From NCBI GenBank assembly GCA_965222615.1, contig CBDCUI010000009.1:544001-608000 (forward strand): a DNA stretch of 64,000 nucleotides. The letters run 5' to 3'. Below, one piece after another: positions 30,719 to 41,943 of the stretch. The stretch's first letter is position 1. The number at the start of each line of letters is the position of its first letter. The DNA comes from Gammaproteobacteria bacterium. GTDB lineage: Bacteria > Pseudomonadota > Gammaproteobacteria > UBA4575. The position numbers and the translations under genes are program-made. The notes below the pieces were generated by a model that saw only the letters and a list, made by a program, of their open reading frames with translations, was not told where the DNA came from and made no database searches.

Positions 30719-32140
30719 TTACACATGCGTTTTCTCCCAGCCTCCTCGTAAAAATACAATAATACCAATTACGGCCATTAAGCTTTCTGCTATTACCACT
30801 GAATAAAATACCCCCTTAGGGCCTATGTGTAAGTGAATTGCCATCCAATAGGCAATTGGTATCTGCAACACCCAAAAACAGATGCCATTGATCCAAGTTG
30901 GTGTATAGGTATCCCCTGCACCATTAAAAGCTTGAATTAATACAAGCCCAATAGCGTATAAACCAAAACCATAACTAAAGATTCGCAAACACTGTGTTGC
31001 ATAAGTAACTACTTCATTTTCTGTAATGAATATATTGACTATTAATTCAGCAAAGCTGATGAAAAATACAGCAACCGTTACCATAAAAACAAAATTATAC
31101 TTAGCCACTAAAAATACTGCTTGCTTAGCTCGCTCGATGTTTTTGGCGCCTAGATTTTGACCTACTAACGTTGACACAGAATTAGACATACCCCAAGCAG
31201 GCAAAATGATGAAATCTACAATACGTATGGCCAAGGTATAACCTGCTAAGGCAGCACTTCCAAACGTTGCCATAATTTTCATTAATAAAATCCAACTGGA
31301 CGTTGCAATAAAAAATTGCAAAATACCACCAATCGATACTTTAACTAGCAGCTTCATTTCTGAGAAAACAGGCATTAAATCTAGCCAAGCAATTCGTATT
31401 CTCGTCTTGCCTGTTGTTAAAATATAAATCCCATAAACTACTCCAAATCCTCTGCCAATGTTTGTAGCAATGGCAGCACCTTCTATGCCTAGTTCTGGAA
31501 AAGGACCTAAACCAAAAATTAAACAAGGGTCTAATACAATATTTATTACACTAGCGATCCAAATGGCGCGCATCGCCATTACCGGATCACCAGCACCGCG
31601 GAAAATTGCATTGAAGATAAATAGAAAAAGGATAGTTGCCGTGCCACCTAACATGATAGTGGTGTAACCTGAATATCCTTGAATCAAAGAATCACTTGCA
31701 CCTAGAAAAGCAAGAATATGTTTGGAATACATAGCGCCTAGCAAGCCTATGACTATTGACAATACAAAACCGATAAGTACTGCCTGCCCAGCAATAACTT
31801 TAGCTCGATCTTTATTCTTTTCACCAATACGTCTTGCGACAAGTGCGGTTAGAGACATGCCCAAACCTAGGCCAACCGCATAAAGCAATACAATCATTGA
31901 CTCGGTTAAGCCAACTGTCGCAATTGCCTCAATACCTAATTTCGCTACAAAGAAAATATCCGTAATCGCAAACAAGGCTTCCACAGACATTTCTAACATC
32001 ATCGGTATCGCTAGTAAGATGACCGCATGCTTTAAAGAGCCTTGCGTATAATCACGTTCTTTATTGCTAAATGCATTGCTGATCAATGACCACCAACTAT
32101 CCTTCTTGAATTGTTCTTTGTTTGTATTCACTGTTAACAA
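30719..32140 (-). CDS. MATE family efflux transporter
   Basis: LAIPMMLEM, ARRIGEK, FRGAGD, NIVLDPCLIFG, GQNLGA, AFNGAGDT; ~12 TM helices. Confidence 0.95.
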   Translation of the reverse strand: MLTVNTNKEQFKKDSWWSLISNAFSNKERDYTQGSLKHAVILLAIPMMLEMSVEALFAITDIFFVAKLGIEAIATVGLTESMIVLLYAVGLGLGMSLTALVARRIGEKNKDRAKVIAGQAVLIGFVLSIVIGLLGAMYSKHILAFLGASDSLIQGYSGYTTIMLGGTATILFLFIFNAIFRGAGDPVMAMRAIWIASVINIVLDPCLIFGLGPFPELGIEGAAIATNIGRGFGVVYGIYILTTGKTRIRIAWLDLMPVFSEMKLLVKVSIGGILQFFIATSSWILLMKIMATFGSAALAGYTLAIRIVDFIILPAWGMSNSVSTLVGQNLGAKNIERAKQAVFLVAKYNFVFMVTVAVFFISFAELIVNIFITENEVVTYATQCLRIFSYGFGLYAIGLVLIQAFNGAGDTYTPTWINGICFWVLQIPIAYWMAIHLHIGPKGVFYSVVIAESLMAVIGIIVFLRGGWEKTHV

Positions 32141-32421
32141 GCAATTTTAAAAATTATTTAAATAAAAACCAGGAAAAAAATAGTTAACCGTTCCTGACTT
32201 AGCCAGAAATCTCTTTATAGCAATAATGAGTGCTGGTTAAGCGAGAGTTATAAATTTGATGCCAGTAATCACAAGCAGCACGACCTTAACCCTCGAGTGG
32301 GGCCTATTGTGATTGAATGATGTAAATAAAATCATTGTTTAGTCATGCTTTTTGAAAAAGTGCGCGAATAGTACTCTTAAATTTGTCCAAGTCAACCTAT
32401 GAATACCTAATTGTTGCGATT

Positions 32422-33183
32422 CTACTGCTTCAGACGATAGCCAGTTTTGAACATCCACCATATCGTTGTGAGACAGAACATTGTAAATAACAACACCATA
32501 AATAAGCTAAGTTCGATACTGACATCCGAAACTTCATTAAAGCTCCAACGAAAACCACTGACTAAATAAACAACCGGGTTAAATAAGCTCACGGTTTGCC
32601 AAGCAGGCGGCAACATATCGATGGTATAGAAGCTCCCGCCAAGAAACACTAATGGAGTTATTACAAGCATTGGAATTAGCTGTAACTTTTCAAAGTTATC
32701 TGCCCAAAGTCCTATAATAAATCCAAGCAGACTAAAGGAAATGCAAGTAAGCACTAAAAAGCTAATCATCCACAATGGATGAGCAATCTTGAGTTCGACA
32801 AAAAACCCAGCCGTTACCAGAATAATTGCACCGATAATTAAAGATTTGCTGGCAGCAGCACCAACATAACCCATTAAAATCTCGATAAACGAAACTGGCG
32901 CGGATAGTACCTCATAAATGGTTCCGGTAAAGCGTGGAAAATAAATACCAAAAGAAGCATTGGAAACACTTTGCGTTAATAACGCAAGCATCATTAAACC
33001 AGGTACAATAAACGCTCCATAAGAAACCCCTTCTACGGTTTCAATACGCTCACCAATCGCTGAACCAAATACAACAAAATATAATACAGTTGTGATAACA
33101 GGTGCAGCAAAGCTTTGCATGACCGTATCCCATGCACGCAACATCTCATATTTATAAATTACTCGAATTGCGTGAGTATTCAT
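32422..33183 (-). CDS. ABC-2 type transporter permease (YadH-like)
   Basis: [39 protein letters not shown]. Confidence 0.92.
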   Translation of the reverse strand: MNTHAIRVIYKYEMLRAWDTVMQSFAAPVITTVLYFVVFGSAIGERIETVEGVSYGAFIVPGLMMLALLTQSVSNASFGIYFPRFTGTIYEVLSAPVSFIEILMGYVGAAASKSLIIGAIILVTAGFFVELKIAHPLWMISFLVLTCISFSLLGFIIGLWADNFEKLQLIPMLVITPLVFLGGSFYTIDMLPPAWQTVSLFNPVVYLVSGFRWSFNEVSDVSIELSLFMVLLFTMFCLTTIWWMFKTGYRLKQ

Positions 33184-33194
33184 TATTGCTGAAT

Positions 33195-34118
33195 TTAACT
33201 AGTTTTGACTAAATTGATAAAGATATCTTCAAGTGAACTTTGCGACGTGTTAATGTCTTTAAGCAATAACCCCGCACTATCCACTGCACGTAGTAACTCT
33301 GCTACCCCGGTATGTGTGCTATAGCAGTCATATGTATAAGTAAGTTGCTTTCCTTCGGATGATAATTCCAATGCCCATGTAGATAAGGTCTCAGGAATTT
33401 TCTTTATTGCCTGTTCCAGTTCAATCGTCATCTGACGTTTGCCGAGTTTGTGCTTTAAGGTGTCTTTATTATCGACAACGATCAATTCACCCTTGTTAAT
33501 CACCCCAACACGATCTGCGATAGCTTCAGCCTCTTCTATATAGTGCGTCGTCAAAATAATGGTTACACCAGATTGCCTCAGTCGCTCTACTATGCCCCAC
33601 ATATTTTTGCGCAGTTCTACATCAACACCAGCTGTAGGCTCATCTAAAAACAGAATAGATGGTTCATGAGATAATGCTTTGGCAATTAGTACACGTCGCT
33701 TCATGCCACCAGATAAGGTCATGATTTCAGAATCTTTCTTATCCCACAGCGATAAATCTTTGAGTAGTTTTTCCAGGTATATAGCATCTGGTTTCTTACC
33801 AAATAAACCTCGGCTAAAACAAATCGTATTCCATACGGTATCAAACATACCCAGTGTTAATTCTTGCGGCACTAACCCAATCAGACTACGCGTAATACGA
33901 TAGTCTGAAATAATGTCATGGCCTTCGACTGTAACCGAACCTTCGCTGGCATTCACAATCCCGCAGATAATCGAAATCATTGTCGTTTTCCCTGCACCAT
34001 TAGGCCCAAGTAGCGCAAGGATTTCACCAGACCGAATCTCTAAATTTACATTGTTAAGCGCTCGATGCCCGCTTGCATACACCTTGGATAAATTGGAAAC
34101 CGAAACGACTGGATTCAT
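33195..34118 (-). CDS. ABC transporter ATP-binding protein (YadG-like)
   Basis: [34 protein letters not shown]. Confidence 0.95.
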   Translation of the reverse strand: MNPVVSVSNLSKVYASGHRALNNVNLEIRSGEILALLGPNGAGKTTMISIICGIVNASEGSVTVEGHDIISDYRITRSLIGLVPQELTLGMFDTVWNTICFSRGLFGKKPDAIYLEKLLKDLSLWDKKDSEIMTLSGGMKRRVLIAKALSHEPSILFLDEPTAGVDVELRKNMWGIVERLRQSGVTIILTTHYIEEAEAIADRVGVINKGELIVVDNKDTLKHKLGKRQMTIELEQAIKKIPETLSTWALELSSEGKQLTYTYDCYSTHTGVAELLRAVDSAGLLLKDINTSQSSLEDIFINLVKTS

Positions 34119-34181
34119 GGTTTGTTTTATAACACGCTGCGAGAGTTTGCTCGCTAACTATCTCATAACTCATGAATCACC

Positions 34182-35492
34182 TCATGTAATTTTTCGTCTT
34201 ATCGGATTACCAAAATTAGGATCGCTACTGATTCTTGAAGCTACAGTTCCTTTCGGGGCGTTGTACCAACCTGGATCGCTATAATCTCCTGGTTTTAAAT
34301 CGTCGCGAACTTTAACTGTAGTAAACATGCCTCCCATTTCAATGTTTCCGTATGGTCCTTTTCCAGTCATCATAGCCAAAGTATTGCGAGGACCTTGGTG
34401 ATGACCCATATCCACATGATCTTGATGTTCCGCCATACCATAGCGACCCATTGCCATAAAACCAGGTAACATTTTTCTAATTTCTTGATCAATACCAGTT
34501 TGATCAACACCCAATGTGTTAGGAATTTCATGCCCCATCGCGTTCATGGTGTGATGTGACATATGACAGTGAAAGGCCCAGTCACCCGGTTCGGCAATAA
34601 ATTCAACATCACGAGTTTGCCCTACACCAATAATCTCAGTGGTTTCGGGACGCCAACGTGATTTAGGCCAACGTCCTCCATCAGAGCCAGTTACCCAAAA
34701 TTGCACACCGTGCATATGCAGGGGATGATTCCACATCGATAGATTGCCCATGCGCACACGCACGCGTTCACCGGTACGTGCAACCACTGGGTCAATAGCT
34801 GGAAACACCTTGCTATTAAAAGTCCACAAGTCAAAATCTTGCAACACAGATGGATCAGGACGATAGGTACCAGGGTGCATAGCCCAGTTATGTGTCAGAA
34901 AACAATAATCACGATCGATAGGGGTCTCTTCGCCATTGCGTGGGTGAATGATAAACATACCCATCATACCCACTCCCAGCTGTGTCATCTCATCTGCATG
35001 CGGGTGATACATATGCGTACCGTGTTGCCTTAACGTGAACTCATATACATAAGTTTCACCAGGACCAATTTGTGGTTGGGTTAAACCACCTACTCCATCC
35101 ATTCCACTTGGTAATAAAATACCATGCCAATGAATCGTGGTATGTTCCTTCAAACAATTAGTCACTAGAATGCGCACACGATCACCTTCAACTGCTTCAA
35201 TAGTTGGACCAGGCGTAGTGCCGTTATAACCCCAACACTTTGCAACACTGCCAGGTGCAAACTCATGTTCAACCTCTTCAGCTACTAAATGGAATTCTTT
35301 TACTCCATTTTTCATTTTGTAGGGCAGCGTCCAGCCATTAAGTGTTCGTACTGGAACATATGATTTACTAACTTTTGTTTGTTTTGATACAGCAGTGGTA
35401 GTCGCAATGGATTCTGCTGTTGCTTTGGATGCTACAGTTGCCGCCAATGCACCTGCACCGGTATAAGTTAAAAATTCTCTTCGTGATGTCAT
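34182..35492 (-). CDS. Tat-exported multicopper oxidase (copper resistance)
   Basis: SRREFL Tat motif after the ATG at 35492; HWHG, MYHPH, HPLHMHG, HCHMSHH copper motifs; Met/His-rich C-terminus. Confidence 0.92.
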   Translation of the reverse strand: MTSRREFLTYTGAGALAATVASKATAESIATTTAVSKQTKVSKSYVPVRTLNGWTLPYKMKNGVKEFHLVAEEVEHEFAPGSVAKCWGYNGTTPGPTIEAVEGDRVRILVTNCLKEHTTIHWHGILLPSGMDGVGGLTQPQIGPGETYVYEFTLRQHGTHMYHPHADEMTQLGVGMMGMFIIHPRNGEETPIDRDYCFLTHNWAMHPGTYRPDPSVLQDFDLWTFNSKVFPAIDPVVARTGERVRVRMGNLSMWNHPLHMHGVQFWVTGSDGGRWPKSRWRPETTEIIGVGQTRDVEFIAEPGDWAFHCHMSHHTMNAMGHEIPNTLGVDQTGIDQEIRKMLPGFMAMGRYGMAEHQDHVDMGHHQGPRNTLAMMTGKGPYGNIEMGGMFTTVKVRDDLKPGDYSDPGWYNAPKGTVASRISSDPNFGNPIRRKIT

Positions 35493-35518
35493 TTTGAATC
35501 TCCTATTCTTTGCTACCA

Positions 35519-37003
35519 TTAGTGATGACTGTGAACATCATGCTCATTTTGTGGTGCTGTGGATTTGCTAGAATTGTTTTGCATGTGGTGCATGGAATGA
35601 TCTACATCATTCGTTTTTGGAGTGATGTATTCTTCAACATTTAATTGTTGTTTACCAACATTTGCACTGCTTGGTAATGTATTGCCTACTGCACGCGTAA
35701 GTTCTGTACGTGCCAACCAATAATCACGTACGACTTCAAGGTAACTTTGATATGCATCGTATTCTTGCTGCTTGGTTTCTAACAGTTCAAATATTCCAAT
35801 CAACATAAAATTTTCTTCTTCTTGTGCGCGCTCTACAACTTCAATACGTGCTGGAATTAGTTTTTCGCGATATATATTTACACGCTCTTTAGTGTTAAGA
35901 GTTGCTGCATGTGCTAAACAAACCTCATTTTCAATTGCAGTATTTAATTGATGAACTTCTGCAATTGCAATTTGTAACTCGGCATTCGCACGTAACTGTT
36001 TATCACGATTTTGTGTAAAAATTGGGATCTCCCACTCTAGAACTGGACCGGTAAGCTCTGCATGATCTGTTTCTATTTCATGCTCAATGCCCACGTCTAA
36101 TTCACCTAACCAACGTGTCCAATTAGTAACACCAACACGATTGGCTAAAACATCGGTACGTGCTGTTGCAGCCACTAAATCAAGTCGTGATTGTTTTGCC
36201 AATTCGATGAGTTCATCGAGATCATCTTCATACTCTAAGGGAATCGGAAGTTGCGCAGGCGAATCCCAAGTGTTTGCTACGGAAAGCCCCAATAAGGCCG
36301 CAAGTTTCGAGCGCTTCTCGTGAGTTTCTGCGTTAGCTTCTAGCGATGCTAGCTGTGATTCGGACGCTGCCGCCCGTTTTTGTGCAAGTTCCCGGGGGCT
36401 TAAATTTCCAGCATCGTAATAGCGCTTTGCTAATTCGAACGAGAGTGAGCCTGCTTTGGCAATTTGTGCATGTAAAGCTGCAGTTTGTTTTGCCGCAACA
36501 AATTGGTAAAAGGCAGCCTCAGTCTCAGCAGCAATATTTAACACTTCCGCACCAACGGATTGCTTCATTGCAGTAAATTCAGCATTTGCCAATCGTTTGC
36601 GTGAAGATAAAGTAAGCAAATCCGTAAATGAAGTTATCAAACCAAATGTTGTCAAATTGCGTTCACCAGACACATTTGAGTCTAATGTCGCAAACGAAAA
36701 AACTGGATTGTGAATACGCCCAGCTTCATACACATCCGCTGCAGCAATCCCCAAACCTGCATAGGTAGTCATTAATTTAGGGTTATTAACTAATGCAATT
36801 CGAATTGCACTTTCCGCAGTCAGTGGTTTTGCCGTTAACGAATCGACAAATTCTTTCCTATTCTTCGATTCCTGAGCATCAATTGGTAAACCTCGCTCAT
36901 GAAGCAATGCATCCACGTCGCTTCGACCCAAGTCTTTTGGAACTGAAGTACATCCGACAAGAAATACAAACGTGATCACAATTGAATATGTAATAAATTT
37001 CAT
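35519..37003 (-). CDS. TolC-family outer-membrane lipoprotein (copper resistance associated)
   Basis: LVGC lipobox, AL.NNP, IPIF, FELL, YWLAR; His-rich tail; paired with the multicopper oxidase. Confidence 0.88.
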   Translation of the reverse strand: MKFITYSIVITFVFLVGCTSVPKDLGRSDVDALLHERGLPIDAQESKNRKEFVDSLTAKPLTAESAIRIALVNNPKLMTTYAGLGIAAADVYEAGRIHNPVFSFATLDSNVSGERNLTTFGLITSFTDLLTLSSRKRLANAEFTAMKQSVGAEVLNIAAETEAAFYQFVAAKQTAALHAQIAKAGSLSFELAKRYYDAGNLSPRELAQKRAAASESQLASLEANAETHEKRSKLAALLGLSVANTWDSPAQLPIPLEYEDDLDELIELAKQSRLDLVAATARTDVLANRVGVTNWTRWLGELDVGIEHEIETDHAELTGPVLEWEIPIFTQNRDKQLRANAELQIAIAEVHQLNTAIENEVCLAHAATLNTKERVNIYREKLIPARIEVVERAQEEENFMLIGIFELLETKQQEYDAYQSYLEVVRDYWLARTELTRAVGNTLPSSANVGKQQLNVEEYITPKTNDVDHSMHHMQNNSSKSTAPQNEHDVHSHH

Positions 37004-37134
37004 AACACTTTCCTAAATATTTATCCATGGCGTCGCTACGCATAGAACGTAACTACAGAAAACTCAAAAAGTATTGCCAAGATCACAAGACGCACAAAAC
37101 GCCAAAGACCAAGGCTATTCGCGACTAAGCGAAT

Positions 37135-37491
37135 TTAGGAAAGAAAAATAGGGGGACGATAAAGCGGTGATAGAGTTACTGAAGTACTTGCGTCGTTATT
37201 AATATTGAAACGATAAGCAAGCTTATGGGGTAAACTTAAACCAGCAGTATTAATAATAGGAACTTGAACCATCAACATATGTAGACATAAGCATGCACCT
37301 TCATCTTCACACTGCATGTTTTGATCCTGTTTTTGATCGTCATGGCATGGCTTTCCATCAACATTAGAAATATCAACAAATTCAATCGAACCCGAAGTAT
37401 TATCTTGCAAACATGGCAGAACCCATGCAGATGCAACTGTTGTATTTGCAACAAAAACAACCATAAATATGTATAATGTCAAATGTTTCAT
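37135..37491 (-). CDS. CopL-like Cys/His-rich small protein
   Basis: Signal peptide, PCH, C...ACLC, terminal YRPPI; directly upstream of the TolC-multicopper oxidase pair. Confidence 0.6.
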   Translation of the reverse strand: MKHLTLYIFMVVFVANTTVASAWVLPCLQDNTSGSIEFVDISNVDGKPCHDDQKQDQNMQCEDEGACLCLHMLMVQVPIINTAGLSLPHKLAYRFNINNDASTSVTLSPLYRPPIFLS

Positions 37492-37680
37492 GACTAAATT
37501 ATATGTCTACTTTTTGGTATTGTCATATCAGTTTAAGCGCTTTTAGATTCAATGGCATAATAAACGACTTGAATAGCCAAAATATGCTACTTACTCAATA
37601 AGATCAATAGGATTGACTAAAGTTCGCCTTTAGTTAAATAAAAAATGAGATCCAGTACCATTTTTGGCTGTTAGCCTTTT

Positions 37681-39030
37681 CTATATAACAAACGAATATA
37701 ACCAACCAAAAACGGCACAGGCTAATATTACTTTTACAATGCTAATTTTGTATTTAAATAATGCAATAAAAGTAATTAAACCGATTAACAAAGAAACCCA
37801 ATCAAATTGACCTGTAAATCCTTCTGGCCATAGCACATGATAAGCGAAAAACACGGCTAAATTTACTATGACGCCTACTACTGCGGCTGTGATTGCCAAT
37901 AATGGCGCAGTGAAGTGTAAATCTTCCCTTGTAGCTTCGATTGCAGGCCCTCCAATAAAAATAAATAAAAACGAAGGTAAAAAAGTAAAAAATGTGGCTA
38001 CACATGCTGCAATAATACCTGCCAGCGGTAAAAGTTCAGGGCCGAAAATTTCCTTTGTCCAACCACCTACAAAACCAACAAAAGTTACCACCATAATGAG
38101 TGGACCAGGTGTAGTTTCGCCTAACGCCAAACCATCGATCATTTGTGTCCCTGTAAGCCATTGGAACTGATCTACTCCACCTTGATACACATAGGGTAAT
38201 ACGGCATAGGCGCCACCAAATGTAACTAAGGCAGCCTTACTAAAAAACAAACCCATTTGGGTAAGCGTATTTTCCCAACCAAATTTGAAATATAAAAAGG
38301 CCATAATACCAAGCCAGATACCAGTCCCAACAACAATAAACGAAACAAGTCTAGCCCAACTAAATTTTGCAAAACTTGGAACCGGCGTATCATCACCAAT
38401 GATCGCAGTTCCATAAGAATCATGTGCTTCGCTCGCATGTAAGCTTCCACTAAAATATTGCGGCACAATTTTAGAGCCGATAAAACCCAACACTCCAGCT
38501 GCAATCACTATTGCTGGAAATGGGATATTGAAAAAGAAAATTGCTATAAATGCTAATAAAGCCATAGCGCGCAATACATTATTTTTTAAAGCACGTGAAC
38601 CTATTCGATAGGCTGCAAATAAAACGATAGCAGTGACTGCTGGCTTAACGCCATACAAGATTCCAGAAACAACTTGAGTATTGCCATACTCCAAATAAAT
38701 CCAAGTTAACGCAATGAGGATAAATAATGAAGGTAATACAAATAAAGCACCCGCTATTAGACCGCCTTTTATGCCATGCATTAACCAACCAATGTAGGTA
38801 GCCAACTGTTGTGCCTCAGGTCCCGGTAACACCATGGTGTAATTTAACGCATGCAAAAAACGATGTTCAGATATCCAACGTTTTCTTTCTACCAATTCTT
38901 GATGCATCATACTGATTTGACCTGCAGGTCCACCAAAACTGATAAACCCGAGCTTGAGCCAATAGTTAAATGCCTCAAATAAACTAACCGTATGACGCCT
39001 TTCAGATTGAATTGGTGCAGCGTCTTCCAT
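37681..39030 (-). CDS. chrA: Chromate efflux transporter ChrA (long chain)
   Basis: SFGGPAGQI, LPGPEAQQLA, TFGGAYAVL, ETTPGPLIMV. Confidence 0.95.
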   Translation of the reverse strand: MEDAAPIQSERRHTVSLFEAFNYWLKLGFISFGGPAGQISMMHQELVERKRWISEHRFLHALNYTMVLPGPEAQQLATYIGWLMHGIKGGLIAGALFVLPSLFILIALTWIYLEYGNTQVVSGILYGVKPAVTAIVLFAAYRIGSRALKNNVLRAMALLAFIAIFFFNIPFPAIVIAAGVLGFIGSKIVPQYFSGSLHASEAHDSYGTAIIGDDTPVPSFAKFSWARLVSFIVVGTGIWLGIMAFLYFKFGWENTLTQMGLFFSKAALVTFGGAYAVLPYVYQGGVDQFQWLTGTQMIDGLALGETTPGPLIMVVTFVGFVGGWTKEIFGPELLPLAGIIAACVATFFTFLPSFLFIFIGGPAIEATREDLHFTAPLLAITAAVVGVIVNLAVFFAYHVLWPEGFTGQFDWVSLLIGLITFIALFKYKISIVKVILACAVFGWLYSFVI

Positions 39031-39111
39031 TTAAATGTAATTGATATACAAAGACGATAATCGAGAGAAAACCAATTTTGAAAACTGCAACTATTATAAA
39101 AAAGTTATTAA

Positions 39112-40488
39112 TTACTCATTAGCTACAGATAACATCTCTTCACGACGAGTAAATTTTTCACGCGGCTTGCCTTTAGGTTCACCTGCAGCAACTTCAGCTG
39201 CATCAATTTTTTGCCACTGTGAATAGTTAATGTATTGCACACCATTTTCATCAAGAATTTTATACAAACCTTCTCGACCAGGCTTTTTAGACTCAAACTT
39301 ATTTACGTCTTCAAGCAAAGCATCAACAGATTCCACTGCACAGGCACGGTTAGTGCCGATAATTCCAGATGGGCCACGCTTAATCCAACCTGCCGTATAC
39401 AGACCTGGTATTACATCGCCCCCATGTTCTGTTGTAATACGTCCCGCTTCATTAGGAATCGTACCCCAACGCTTATAAAAAGGGACCCCAGAAATAGCTA
39501 CCCCATTATAACCAATGCTACGAAACAAGATTCCACATTCAATCTCTATGGTTTCGCCAGTACCTTTGGCAGATTGCTTGAACGATTCGCCAGATAATTC
39601 ATTAATCTCCAGCACTACTTTTTCTAAACACCCATCTCCTTCGAGACGTACCGGGCTTTTCAAAAAGGTTGAAATACATATTCGTGGCTTACCTGTATCT
39701 TCAGACTCTGCAAACTTCTGAAAGATTTCAACATTCTTTTTATTGCCACGTCCTTCTTTTGCGGCAAGCTCTTGCTGGCTGGTTTCATTTAACTCTAATT
39801 CCTTAGGATCAATATATGGCCGACAGTTTTCTATCTCTAAAAATTCTTTGAGTTCCTTTGATGCAAACTTTGCTTGAGCGGGTCCACGGCGTCCTATTAC
39901 GTATATTTTTTTAATCTTACTCTCAGCTAATGCATCTAGTGCATGTTGTGCTATATCCGTATGCTTTAGTTCATCAACCGATTTTGCCAAGATTCTTGAC
40001 ACGTCTGCTGCAACGTTGCCTTGCCCAATTACTACTGCAGTTTCATGCGACAAATCAAACGCGCGATCTCGATAATCTGGATGACCGTTGTACCAGCCGA
40101 CAAACTCAGTTGCCGTATAACTTCCGGGCAAATCTTCACCAGGTATGCCCAGCTTGCGGTCTGTCTCTGCTCCACATGTATATATCACTGCATGGTGAGT
40201 ATGCTGTAATTCTTCAGCCTTAATATCTTTACCTACAGTAACATTGCCCACGAAATTAAACTCAGGATTTTCGGCAATTTTTTTATAAACCTCGATGGCT
40301 TGTTTTAATTTTGGATGATCTGGTGCAACACCACTGCGCACCAGACCAAAAGGAGATGGAAGTCGTTCGATTAAATCAATCTCGACGACTAAATCTGATT
40401 TTATTAATGCTTCAGCTGCATAAAATCCACTCGGACCACTTCCAACGATAGCAACTCTTAAAGGATTTGACTCAGTTCCTAAACTCAT
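39112..40488 (-). CDS. Ferredoxin--NADP+ reductase, FprA/adrenodoxin-reductase type
   Basis: GSGPSGFY, PFGLVRSGVAPDH, FVGWYNGHP, GQGNVAAD, GRRGPAQ, GWIKRGPSGIIGTN. Confidence 0.92.
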   Translation of the reverse strand: MSLGTESNPLRVAIVGSGPSGFYAAEALIKSDLVVEIDLIERLPSPFGLVRSGVAPDHPKLKQAIEVYKKIAENPEFNFVGNVTVGKDIKAEELQHTHHAVIYTCGAETDRKLGIPGEDLPGSYTATEFVGWYNGHPDYRDRAFDLSHETAVVIGQGNVAADVSRILAKSVDELKHTDIAQHALDALAESKIKKIYVIGRRGPAQAKFASKELKEFLEIENCRPYIDPKELELNETSQQELAAKEGRGNKKNVEIFQKFAESEDTGKPRICISTFLKSPVRLEGDGCLEKVVLEINELSGESFKQSAKGTGETIEIECGILFRSIGYNGVAISGVPFYKRWGTIPNEAGRITTEHGGDVIPGLYTAGWIKRGPSGIIGTNRACAVESVDALLEDVNKFESKKPGREGLYKILDENGVQYINYSQWQKIDAAEVAAGEPKGKPREKFTRREEMLSVANE

Positions 40489-40560
40489 AACAATTTTCCA
40501 AACTTTTTATTATCTTTATCAAGGAAAATACACAGCTTTAACTGTGCAGTGTACATTTCT

Positions 40561-40688
40561 TAATGAATTTCTGATTTGATGCTGGAGCGAGGCAAAAAAA
40601 TGTTACAAAAGCGGAGTGTACACACTAGTACATGAGCATTTTGGAACATTTTTTTAACAAAGCATCCAGTGCAAATCAGGAATTCCTA
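40561..40688. mobile_element. Family A miniature element (copy A5) between the ferredoxin and reductase genes
   Basis: TIRs GAATTTCTGATTTG / CAAATCAGGAATTC; core GGCAAAAAAATGTT..AAAGCGGAGTGTA..TACATGAGCATTTT..AACATTTTT. Confidence 0.8.
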
Positions 40689-40692
40689 GCAC

Positions 40693-40998
40693 CTAAAAGC
40701 CTAGTTCTGTTTTGCGATCCTCTGCTCCTGGCAACGGATCCATAGGTTCTTCGATTAATGGCAGATCAGGGCATTTTTCTGCATTGATCTCAACCCACTT
40801 CTCTTGGCCTTCAGGTATATCATCTTCTTCATAGATAGCCTCGACTGGACACTCAGGTATGCATGCACTGCAATCGATACATACCTCAGGGTCGATGTAT
40901 AGCATTTCATCGTCATAATGAAAGCATGCAACCGGGCATACAGATACACAATCAGTGAAGCGACAGCCCTTACAATTTTCAGTTACTACTGTAGTCAT
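40693..40998 (-). CDS. Ferredoxin, Azotobacter FdI/FdxA (7Fe) type
   Basis: CxxCxxxxCxxxCP and CxxCxxCxxxCP with an acidic C-terminal extension. Confidence 0.92.
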   Translation of the reverse strand: MTTVVTENCKGCRFTDCVSVCPVACFHYDDEMLYIDPEVCIDCSACIPECPVEAIYEEDDIPEGQEKWVEINAEKCPDLPLIEEPMDPLPGAEDRKTELGF

Positions 40999-41073
40999 GT
41001 GTTGTCTCCTATATTTCTAATGTAATTAGACTACAAATATAAAGCCGTGATAGGTATCCACGTGGAGTATGTA

Positions 41074-41892
41074 CTAGCGCTCAAATAGCAGTACTTCGCC
41101 ACGATTGAGTTCAATCCCGTCTCCGCAAAAGCGTTTAAACTTCCCATTTATATGCACATCATGGATCTCCTCAAATCCATAATCATGCAATTTGGAAAAA
41201 TACAAACGCAAAAATAATGGATGATATGTACACGAATACTCAAAACTAGGCAATATAGGCGCATTTTTTTGAAGCGTTACAATAGTACCTCGCTTCATGC
41301 CTGCACCAGTGCGAATACCTAATTCACCCACAACAATGATTGTACCTGCCAACATGTTAACCCCGGTAAAATCACCAGCATTGCCGCCTATTGCAATAAA
41401 ACCACGTCGCATAGCATGTCCCACCTCATTTTTTGCATTGCCATGGATGAATATTTCGCCGCCTTGAATACCAGCTGATTGGCCACGGAACGCGCTACCC
41501 ACCATATGTCCAGCGTCCCCTTTAATGATGATTCGTCCTCCCGACATTTCCGGCCCAACCCAATCTCCTGCATTACCATTAACCAAAATTTCGCCACCAG
41601 ACATACCTATACCAAGATGCATGCCTACATCACCATCGATGGTGACCTTGCCCTCACTCATACCGGCACCAATTAGCTTAACGTTGCTAACATCGCCTTC
41701 GATGTGAATTTGTGGAGCACCTTGCCCTGTAACCTTGAAAAAATCACCCAACTTAGCCTTTACATTCCCATGCATGACATTCAGATGTTCAACCCCAGAC
41801 TGCGACAAACTGGTGAATGTCGCAGGGCTGATCACTTCCGCCTCTAACGGGACTTCAGGTGATGAATACAGTTCAAGATGGGTAACAGACAT
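41074..41892 (-). CDS. fwdC: Formylmethanofuran dehydrogenase subunit C
   Basis: GxGMxGGxIxxxGxAG beta-helix repeats; LGDFF, GAGMKRGT. Confidence 0.93.
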   Translation of the reverse strand: MSVTHLELYSSPEVPLEAEVISPATFTSLSQSGVEHLNVMHGNVKAKLGDFFKVTGQGAPQIHIEGDVSNVKLIGAGMSEGKVTIDGDVGMHLGIGMSGGEILVNGNAGDWVGPEMSGGRIIIKGDAGHMVGSAFRGQSAGIQGGEIFIHGNAKNEVGHAMRRGFIAIGGNAGDFTGVNMLAGTIIVVGELGIRTGAGMKRGTIVTLQKNAPILPSFEYSCTYHPLFLRLYFSKLHDYGFEEIHDVHINGKFKRFCGDGIELNRGEVLLFER

Positions 41893-41943
41893 ATTTAAAT
41901 TTATTTTTAATTATTTTTTATATCTTTATATTTTTACTATTAT

